A stretch of 64,000 nt of DNA, taken from Nitrospirota bacterium (GTDB lineage Bacteria; Nitrospirota; Thermodesulfovibrionia; Thermodesulfovibrionales; Dissulfurispiraceae). Under the pieces are notes generated by a model. That model had not been told where the DNA came from, did no database searches, and saw nothing but the letters and a program-made list of their open reading frames with translations. Made by a program: the position numbers and the translations under genes. The stretch covers positions 9,600 through 73,599 of the forward strand of contig WSNO01000008.1 of NCBI GenBank assembly GCA_009773415.1, given 5' to 3'. Below, one piece after another: positions 1 through 7,419 of the stretch; within the stretch, counting starts at the first letter, position 1; each line of letters starts with the position of its first letter.

Positions 1-1
1 C

Positions 2-649
2 ATTTACTCCTCGGAGCGCTTCCGGCAGTGGGATCTCTTTGTGCTTGATCTCAAGACCATGCGGGAAAAACATATCCGCACAGCCCGCGGCCTCACTATT
101 GCCGGCAACTTCTTTCCCGACAGCCGCCGCTTCGTCTTTTCGATATCGCATGACGGCAGTTCAGGCATATACACGGGCGACAGCGTTAGCGGTCAGGTGC
201 AGAAAATTGCGTCTTCGCCGTGGATTGATGTATCGCCCGCAGTTTCTCCGGACGGGAAAAGCATTGCTTTTGTCTCTAACCGATCAGGCGGGCCGCAGGT
301 TTTTCTTTCTGACGCTTCAGGCTATTCTGTCCGCCGCGTGACCTATCAGGGAGGGTACAACACCGCCCCCGCGTGGTCGCCTGCCGGAGACCTCATTGCC
401 TATTCCGGACTTGCCGGAGGAGGGCACCAGATTTTCGTGATGAAAACTGACGGTTCGGGAGTGACACAGCTCACCGACCGCGGCAATAATGAAGAGCCTT
501 CTTTTTCTCCTGACGGCAGATACATTGCTTTCATGTCTGACCGTGACGGTGCCAAAGGGATTTATCTGATGCGCTTCAATGGTGAGGGGCAGATGAGAAT
601 TACTCCCCGCGGCATCAAGGCAACCAGCCCGAGCTGGTCGCCGAACTAA
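2..649 (+). CDS. tolB: TolB C-terminal beta-propeller domain (5' partial, continues upstream of window)
   Basis: The frame is open from nt 2. It shows repeated TolB-type blades (SPDGKSIAFVSNRSG, AWSPAGD, PSFSPDGRYIAFMSDRDG, PSWSPN). Confidence 0.85.
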   Translation: MYSSERFRQWDLFVLDLKTMREKHIRTARGLTIAGNFFPDSRRFVFSISHDGSSGIYTGDSVSGQVQKIASSPWIDVSPAVSPDGKSIAFVSNRSGGPQVFLSDASGYSVRRVTYQGGYNTAPAWSPAGDLIAYSGLAGGGHQIFVMKTDGSGVTQLTDRGNNEEPSFSPDGRYIAFMSDRDGAKGIYLMRFNGEGQMRITPRGIKATSPSWSPN

Positions 650-661
650 TTTCGTATCTAC

Positions 662-695
662 AAAAAGAAGCAGGGCGCGGATTTCTCCGCGCCCC
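662..695. terminator. GC-rich hairpin between convergent tolB and the rhodanese gene
   Basis: GGGCGCGGA-TTTC-TCCGCGCCC forms a 9-bp stem at 673..694. On the minus strand it is followed by TGCTTCTTTTTGT. Confidence 0.55.
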
Positions 696-742
696 GTCTG
701 TGCTGCTGAAACTCTGCTCTCTGCTTCCTGAAGCCTGTTTTG

Positions 743-2101
743 CTACTCCTTGCTGATTTCGTACCGGCCGTGCGGATCGATCTTGATATTGGCGTTCAGG
801 AATGACGCATCGTATCCGGCATTTTTCAACGCATGGTATGCGAGCTCCGCGCGCACGCCGGTCAGGCAATGCACCACGATTTTCTTGTCTTTCGGAATCT
901 CGGCCAGCCGCTTCGGCACATCCTGCGTCGCGATGTTCTTCGCCCCAATCAGCATGCCGTTCTCAGCCTCTTCCGAATCACGGACGTCCAGTATCAGGAC
1001 ATTCTTCGGCTGAGTTTCGGCAATTTTCTTGAACTCCTCAACCGCGATTTCGCCCGGCCGCGGTTTCGGTTCATAGACGATTTTTGTCGGCATATCGCCG
1101 GAAGCTATCGTGTACCCGGCCTTCTTCCACTCCTTGAATCCTCCGTCAAGAACAACGATGTTTGTGAATCCGCCCCAGAAGCTGATCACTTCAAAAGCCT
1201 GAACGGCCGACTGCGTATCATACGAATAGAGAACTATCGGAGCTTTTTTGTCTTTCGGGAACTTGTCCACCGCATGACTCACGTGGGTGAGAGGAATCGA
1301 TATTGCCCCGGGAATATGCGCGGCTTTTGCTTCACTCGCCGGTCTCAAATCGACAATGATGGTGGGGATGTTGAACTTGACACGCTCCGTCAGGCACGGA
1401 ACGCACGCAATGGAAAGCTGCCCGGCCTGTTTCCACGCCGGTAAACCGTCAACATAGACCTTTACATTGGTATAACCGAGTTTCTCCGCCTTCCTGGCAG
1501 AGGATGGGCTCAGTCTTCAGGTGGGGCCGGCGCAGTAAAAGACAAGAGTTTTGTTCTTGTCGGCCGGCAGTTTGTCGATATGTTTGTCGAAGTCTGCGTC
1601 ATAAATATTGATGGCTCCCGGTATAGCACCTTCATAAAAACGGGATGCCGGTCGGGAATCTACAATCAGAGCGCTTCCTTTCTGCACAAGATCGATCATT
1701 TGCGACGTTGATACAAGCTTGTCGGGCGGAACGACTGCGGGCTGTTTGACCGACACCGCTTTTGCATACAGCTCCCCGTTCTTCTCAACATAGGTGACTG
1801 CGATTTCCTTTTCCTTCGGCATCTTGGCAAGCGGCTGGGCCCAACCGCTCAGTTTCGTGTCATCGTCGAATTTCACCGTCCAGATTGCGCCGGTGTTCAC
1901 GGCGAATGTCTCCGCTTTGCCGGAAATACTCCCGATCATCCCGCGCAGCACCTTGTCTGCCGCCGGATGGCACTGAGAGCAGGGCTTCAGAAGCGTCGGC
2001 TTCTGCGGCACCGGTTGCTGGGCAAACGCGGGCGCCGCAAAAAGCACTGCGCCTGCTGTAAACGCCAAAAGCCCCTTGAGAAATACGGAAGGTCTTTTCA
2101 T
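743..2101 (-). CDS. Secreted CXXCH (heme c motif) plus three-rhodanese-domain sulfurtransferase-like protein, read through an in-frame TGA (1517..1519) as candidate selenocysteine
   Basis: Track ORFs 1517..2185 and 743..1348 share one frame and are separated by a single TGA; the downstream ORF only begins at a TTG. The ATG at 2101 has a GGAGGA RBS. Other marks are a signal peptide (AFA|QQ), CSQCH at 1967..1981, and FYCAGPT-TGA-RLSPSSARKAEKLGYTNVKVYVDGLPAWKQAG. The third domain carries HCLTGVR. Confidence 0.6.
1476..1513 (-). promoter_or_regulatory. Candidate bacterial SECIS-like hairpin just 3' of the in-frame TGA
   Basis: The mRNA reads UGA-AGA-CUGAG-CCCAUC-CUCUGCC-AGGAA-GGCGGAG-AAA-CUCGG. 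This gives a 5-bp lower stem, an internal loop, a 7-bp upper stem and a G-containing apical loop 22-26 nt after the UGA. Confidence 0.45.
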
Positions 2102-2180
2102 AGGCTTAAATCCTCCTTTTTTGCATTGTGCATAGATAATATCTATATTTATAGCACATTTCAAAATTAATAAATGTATA

Positions 2181-2196
2181 AGCAATTCTTATGCCG
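2181..2196 (-). promoter_or_regulatory. Sigma-54 (-24/-12) promoter for the rhodanese gene
   Basis: The minus strand reads CGGCAT-AAGAA-TTGCT with GG-N10-GC spacing, about 80 nt upstream of the ATG at 2101. It is divergent from a sigma-54 activator gene. Confidence 0.6.
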
Positions 2197-2232
2197 AACA
2201 TAATGTGGCATCGAAGTTGATTACATAACCGG

Positions 2233-3702
2233 ATGAACAAGGAAATATCAGTGAGAAAACAGAACATGTTCATAACAGGGAGCGTTAAAATGTTAACTGA
2301 TGTGTTAATATTTGGCATGAAGCAGTTAACGGTGAACAATGCGCCCGATCTCTTCAACAACGCCGGTTTTTTGAACAGCGTCATCGAAGCAATGTCCGAC
2401 GGACTCATGATTATCGACACTGACAGCACCATTCTTTTTTTCAACCGCGCCGCTGAAAACATCACGGGCTTTCGTCGTGAGGACGTTATCGGTCAAAAAT
2501 GCACGATGATCGACAGCGCCGTATGCAGCAAAAAAGTGAATTCCGGCAATCAGACAAAGTGCACGCTTTTTGAAAGCGGCAGCATTACTAAAATGCGCTG
2601 TCAGCTTCGGGCCGGTGACGGGCGCGAAATACAGCTCCTGAAGAACGCCGTGCTCCTGAAAAACTCCGACGGAGAAGTCATCGGTGCGGTCGAAGTAATG
2701 ACTGACGTTACATCTGTTTACGAGAAAGATCGCGAAATCGAACAGCTCAAGAGTGAACTGATGCAGGAATACGGGTTTATGGGACTTATCGGCACCAGCC
2801 TGCCCATGCAGCGCATGTTTGAGCAGATTCGCAATGCCGCGGCGAGCGAGGCTCCCATCGTAATCACGGGCGAGAGCGGTACCGGCAAAGAACTGGTGGC
2901 TCGCGCCGTGCATCGTCTCAGCCGTCGGCAGACGGGTCCGTTTGTGACGATCAACTGTGCCGCGCTGAATGAATTTCTTCTGGAGAGCGAGCTTTTTGGT
3001 CATGTCAAAGGCGCTTTTACCGGCGCAGTGCGCGACAGGCAGGGACGGTTCGAAGCGGCGCTGCACGGCAGCTTGTTCCTTGATGAAGTGGGCGACATGC
3101 CGCTCTCCATGCAGGTAAAGCTGCTTCGCGTGCTGCAGGAGCGGGAGATTGAGCGGGTCGGCGATCAGCGGACTATAAAGGTCGATGTCCGTTTGATGAG
3201 TGCAACGAACAGAAACATGGAAGAGTTGCTCGGTGCAGGAAAATTCCGCGAAGATCTCTTCTACCGCATCAATGTTATTCCGATTCATGTTCCGCCGCTC
3301 CGTGAACGCATCGAAGACGTTCCGCTCCTGATAAATCACCACCTGGAGCGGATCAATCAAATCAACAGGAAAGTCATTCATCATGTCAGTCCGAAGGCGC
3401 TTGAGTCGATAGAATCCTATTCATGGCCCGGCAATGTTCGCCAGTTGATCAACATGATCGAATATGCGACCATGACTGCAAAAGGAGACTCCATCGAACT
3501 GAGCGACCTCCCGGAATACCTCTTCAGACAAAAAGGGCCGGAGGCATCTCCTGCTCAAGCCGGAAGAGAACGCATCAGCAAAGCCAGGCTCGTCGCAGCC
3601 CTTGAACGTTTCGGGGGGAGCCGCACCCTGACAGCCCGGCATCTTGGCATCAGTCGCGTTACTCTGTGGAAGCTCATTAAAGAATTGAAAGTTGCGGTAT
3701 AA
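2233..3702 (+). CDS. PAS-domain sigma-54-dependent transcriptional activator (bEBP; start codon uncertain, 2251 or 2290 also possible)
   Basis: It has a PAS domain ([26 protein letters not shown]), an AAA+ sigma-54 interaction domain ([21 protein letters not shown]) and a C-terminal Fis-type HTH. Confidence 0.9.
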   Translation: MNKEISVRKQNMFITGSVKMLTDVLIFGMKQLTVNNAPDLFNNAGFLNSVIEAMSDGLMIIDTDSTILFFNRAAENITGFRREDVIGQKCTMIDSAVCSKKVNSGNQTKCTLFESGSITKMRCQLRAGDGREIQLLKNAVLLKNSDGEVIGAVEVMTDVTSVYEKDREIEQLKSELMQEYGFMGLIGTSLPMQRMFEQIRNAAASEAPIVITGESGTGKELVARAVHRLSRRQTGPFVTINCAALNEFLLESELFGHVKGAFTGAVRDRQGRFEAALHGSLFLDEVGDMPLSMQVKLLRVLQEREIERVGDQRTIKVDVRLMSATNRNMEELLGAGKFREDLFYRINVIPIHVPPLRERIEDVPLLINHHLERINQINRKVIHHVSPKALESIESYSWPGNVRQLINMIEYATMTAKGDSIELSDLPEYLFRQKGPEASPAQAGRERISKARLVAALERFGGSRTLTARHLGISRVTLWKLIKELKVAV

Positions 3703-3713
3703 GCTGAACTGTT

Positions 3714-3737
3714 GCGGGGAGGGCAAGCCCTCCCCGC
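3714..3737. terminator. Hairpin between the convergent activator and beta-barrel genes
   Basis: GCGGGGAGGG-CAAG-CCCTCCCCGC forms a 10-bp GC stem. There is no clear U-tract. Confidence 0.5.
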
Positions 3738-3747
3738 AGGTTACTTC

Positions 3748-5334
3748 TCAGAACTGCACGTCAAAGGTAGCGTAAATATTCTGGGCTTTCTTCAGCGGCT
3801 GGAACATCTGCGGAGCGTACATGGTGGTGGTGAGGTCCGTAATCTTTACAGGCGCCCCCACCCAGTTGTTGCTGCCGGTGTAGTCAAAATCATAGTACTG
3901 GTAGCCTACCCGGAAGAATGCCTTGCCGAGCTTCGATACCGGCTTCTTCAGCAGTTCCTGGATGGCATAAATCTCGTATACACTGCCGCGGGTTCCGAGC
4001 TTGCTGGTCCACATGTCGTCAGATGCAGGGGTGAATGTGATCCAGTTTTTGGAGCCATGATTGTACTCAACGCCAATCTTGGTGCCGGTTGACGGAATAT
4101 CATACCGCGCGCCGGCATACAGGGCATATCCGGTTCTGGAGTTTCTTCCGGCCACGTTGTCCCACATCAGCCCATACTCAAGCATGCCGGGGAACCCGAT
4201 GATATTGGAATTCGGATGCGTTTTGCTCATGGCGGACGACATAAAGAGATTCAGGTTGCCGGGGCCAAGGTTGTCGATCTTCCCGGAAACAACCGCGCCG
4301 AACTGATCGATGTCGCCAAGGTTCGTGTTGCTGAGCGTGCCGAAGCCCGGGAACGTCATTGCAGAGAATTCCGGGAATGCAAAAATATCAAACCCTCTGC
4401 TGTACTGAACCTCTACCCGGAAGTTGTCGGTTTCGTAAGGAACAACATTGAAGCCAAGAAAATTGACATCCTTCATGCTATTTGCAGAACTCCTGAAGCC
4501 GCTGTCAAAACCCTTGCCGTAACACAGCTTCGCATAGAAGCCCGGCAGTGCATCAATGTCGGGGGCGACACCGAACGTAGCACCATCGAAGGCATAGTCG
4601 ATCAGAAGCCCCGGCACTCCTGCCGAGCCTGTCTTCTGGTTGTTCAGCCGAAGATTCGTCGGCACCCCGCCGGTCGACGGACGGCGTCCCACCGAGAACC
4701 AGATCGGCTGGTCTGCAATGTTGCTCCACGTCGCATATGCCTGATCTACCCGCAAGGCATTGTCGGACGGCGTGTGGGCTACGTTGCCGTCAAAGATACT
4801 CTGCTTGTCCGCAAAAAACGAATTTGCCCCCGACACAGGGCCACCGGTTTCATGTCCCCAGACCTTGTACATGAGCAGGCGTGTCTTCACCTGAATGTCC
4901 TCGGTCGCCTTGAACTTCATGTTCAGCCCGAGCCGGTTCGTCAAAAGCGCCTCGTTCTTGAACTTCTCTGATGGAACAAGAACAGGGGGAAGACCAAAGG
5001 GATTGACCGGGTTCGGTGTGAAGAAATCTGCTGATGTGCCGCTCATGTAGTCAAACCGTGTCCGGAAGTCTCCCCCAATCTCAAACCATGCAGGCCATCC
5101 CCCTGCCGACTCCTCTGTTTTCTTTTCCACTGCTGCGGTTTTCTTCTCGACGTTTCCAATCCGCTCTTCTTTTACGGTTTCTTTCTTCTGCAGCTCTCCC
5201 ATCTGCTGCTTTAACTGCTGCAGCTGCTGGGAAAGTTCTTCGATCTTCTTCATCAGGTCCGCCTGGTCCGCTGCCCACGTCGTGGCAGGTGCCAGGAGGA
5301 ACAGAGAAAGAAGCATCGCCATAGCTTTGCTCAT
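3748..5334 (-). CDS. Outer-membrane beta-barrel/porin-like protein with N-terminal coiled coil (resembles DUF3373-type proteins, from memory)
   Basis: It has a signal peptide (TTWA|AD) and a Q/K/E coiled coil. Alternating aromatic beta-strand patterns and a C-terminal ...YATFDVQF are typical of OMP barrels. A GGAGGTG RBS precedes the start. Confidence 0.7.
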   Translation of the reverse strand: MSKAMAMLLSLFLLAPATTWAADQADLMKKIEELSQQLQQLKQQMGELQKKETVKEERIGNVEKKTAAVEKKTEESAGGWPAWFEIGGDFRTRFDYMSGTSADFFTPNPVNPFGLPPVLVPSEKFKNEALLTNRLGLNMKFKATEDIQVKTRLLMYKVWGHETGGPVSGANSFFADKQSIFDGNVAHTPSDNALRVDQAYATWSNIADQPIWFSVGRRPSTGGVPTNLRLNNQKTGSAGVPGLLIDYAFDGATFGVAPDIDALPGFYAKLCYGKGFDSGFRSSANSMKDVNFLGFNVVPYETDNFRVEVQYSRGFDIFAFPEFSAMTFPGFGTLSNTNLGDIDQFGAVVSGKIDNLGPGNLNLFMSSAMSKTHPNSNIIGFPGMLEYGLMWDNVAGRNSRTGYALYAGARYDIPSTGTKIGVEYNHGSKNWITFTPASDDMWTSKLGTRGSVYEIYAIQELLKKPVSKLGKAFFRVGYQYYDFDYTGSNNWVGAPVKITDLTTTMYAPQMFQPLKKAQNIYATFDVQF

Positions 5335-5397
5335 ACCGCACCTCCATACAAGAATCCACCCGCAAAATGCAGGGTTGTATAATTTAAGGCATAGTAT

Positions 5398-5413
5398 AGC
5401 AAGTGCTGTGCCT
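5398..5413 (-). promoter_or_regulatory. Sigma-54 (-24/-12) promoter for the beta-barrel gene
   Basis: The minus strand reads AGGCAC-AGCAC-TTGCT with GG-N10-GC spacing, about 65 nt upstream of the ATG at 5334. Confidence 0.65.
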
Positions 5414-5597
5414 TGGAAAATGCATTTCTGCCAGAGGCTTGTTGCATTGATTCATAAGCGAAATTGCTATCATCAACAAGGCTGAGCAGAGCAGAATTGT
5501 TAACTGCTTAACATTAATTAACTGTGTCCGCTATAAGCAAAGCTCCGCATCCGCAGTTTCCGCCTGAATAACTGCATGTGGTATTATTTTGGGCAGT

Positions 5598-7325
5598 ATG
5601 GGAAAGAAGACTGTCCGGCACCACCTGCCGGTAAAGACACTCCGGGATATCCTTACGCCGCATGTCATTACTCTTGCGCCCGACGCCTGCGCGGATGAAG
5701 CAATTACTATCATGCGCAAACGACGGATCAGCTGCATTGTCGTCACGGAGCAGCAGCAGCCCGTCGGCATCTTCACGGAGCGAAACCTGGTCGATGCAGC
5801 ACACCGTGCGGTCGACTTCGCCGGCACGAATATGCGGGCGCTCATGAGTTCGCCGGTTGTTACTGCGCCCAGTTCGACAACTATTTACGACGCGTTCAAT
5901 CTTTTTTCACTGAAAAAGATCCGTCACCTGGTCGTCGTCAATGCGCAGGGGCATATTTCCGGCGTTATTACGCAGTCTGATCTCATTGCGCATCTCGGCA
6001 TCGAGTATTTTGTCGAAGCAAAAAAAGTCGGCAAAATCATGAACCGTACTGTGCAGAGCATTCCTGCGGGCAGCCTTGTTCGTGACGCGCTTGCGCGGAT
6101 GCATGCCGGCAAAATGAGCTGCGTCTTCATTGCTGAAAAGAATATTCCGTTCGGCATCCTCACGGAACGGGACATGACCCGTCTCATTTATGAAAAACAT
6201 GATTTGAACAAGACAGTGGTTGAGGAGGTCATGAGCAGCCCGATAAGGACTGTTGCAAGCGATGCGCCCCTGCACGAAGCCATTCAGGCGATGAAGCAGC
6301 ACAGGATTCGCCGACTGGGAGTTACTGCCGGCGACGGCATGCTGACCGGAGTGATTACGCAATCCGACATCGTCAGGGGTATGGAAGGGCGTTATACTGA
6401 GTCGCTGCGGGAGATTGTCCGGGAAAAAGAAGAGCAGCTTCAGGCTGCGCTCAGCAGCTTCCGCGAGAAGTCCGCCTACCTTGACAGTATCATGCGATCA
6501 TCAACTGACAGCGCCATCATTGCTACCGACATCAAAATGACCGTTAAGTACTGCAATCCGGCGGCCGAACAGATGCTCGAAATCAGGGCAAATGACATGA
6601 TTGGAGAGAGAATCCAGAACATCGCGCAAAAGGGCATCGACCATAATTGCCTCGTCCTGGCGTTTGATGCGGTGAAGCGGAATGAAGAGTATCAATTTTC
6701 GATTCAGCACTCAGCCAACGCTCGCTCCCGCTCGCTGGAGTGCCGGGTTTCGGGCATCAGGACGCCTGAGCACGTTCTGGCCGGATATGTCCTCATCCTG
6801 CGTGACGTTACCGAACGCCGGCAGCTCGAGGAGCAGCTCACGATGGCGGCAACAATAGACAAGCTGACCGGCGCTTTCAATCGCCACACATTCGAGGATC
6901 TGCTCGACCGGGAACGCTCCCGCGCGCAACGCCATAAATCAGCCCTCTCGCTGATTATGGCCGACATCGATCATTTCAAAAAAATCAACGATACCCATGG
7001 GCATCAGACCGGAGACAAGGTGCTGCAATCAGTTGCGGACATCATCAGGCAAAGCATTCGGCGCTCCGACATGCTTGGCCGATGGGGCGGCGAAGAGTTC
7101 ATGATTCTTGCGCCGGAAACTACGGCCGTCAATGCAACCGCACTGGCCGAAAAGCTCCGCCGGAATGCTGAGGACTGCGAGTTTCCGCTTTTTAACCGCG
7201 TAACGATCAGCATGGGCGTCACAGCGCTTCAGCATGACGATTCCGTTGAAACCCTGATTGCCCGTGTTGATGCTGCGCTGTATGATGCCAAACACAACGG
7301 TCGCAACCGTGTTGAGGCAAGATAG
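5598..7325 (+). CDS. CBS-pair x2 / PAS / GGDEF diguanylate cyclase
   Basis: It has four CBS repeats, a PAS domain, an intact GGEEF motif and an RRSD I-site 5 residues upstream (RRSDMLGRWGGEEF). The track ORF starts at TTG 5589; the first ATG is at 5598. Confidence 0.88.
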   Translation: MGKKTVRHHLPVKTLRDILTPHVITLAPDACADEAITIMRKRRISCIVVTEQQQPVGIFTERNLVDAAHRAVDFAGTNMRALMSSPVVTAPSSTTIYDAFNLFSLKKIRHLVVVNAQGHISGVITQSDLIAHLGIEYFVEAKKVGKIMNRTVQSIPAGSLVRDALARMHAGKMSCVFIAEKNIPFGILTERDMTRLIYEKHDLNKTVVEEVMSSPIRTVASDAPLHEAIQAMKQHRIRRLGVTAGDGMLTGVITQSDIVRGMEGRYTESLREIVREKEEQLQAALSSFREKSAYLDSIMRSSTDSAIIATDIKMTVKYCNPAAEQMLEIRANDMIGERIQNIAQKGIDHNCLVLAFDAVKRNEEYQFSIQHSANARSRSLECRVSGIRTPEHVLAGYVLILRDVTERRQLEEQLTMAATIDKLTGAFNRHTFEDLLDRERSRAQRHKSALSLIMADIDHFKKINDTHGHQTGDKVLQSVADIIRQSIRRSDMLGRWGGEEFMILAPETTAVNATALAEKLRRNAEDCEFPLFNRVTISMGVTALQHDDSVETLIARVDAALYDAKHNGRNRVEAR

Positions 7326-7419
7326 CGACTTGACGCATATTCAACCGTGGCCGGCCATTGCTGTTCTGGTGCTATCTGTTCTGGTGCTATAATGTAGCAG
7401 TGATTCAGGGAGAAGAACC

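Noticed and set aside
2206-2221. A plus-strand sigma-54-like element, TGGCAT-CGAAG-TTGAT, in front of the activator gene and back-to-back with the minus-strand promoter.
   Set aside because: The spacing is correct, but the near-invariant -12 GC is GA. The element ends only 12 nt before the first ATG (2233). It would make sense only if translation starts at GTG 2251 or ATG 2290. I kept it as a possibility (autoregulation) and did not call it.
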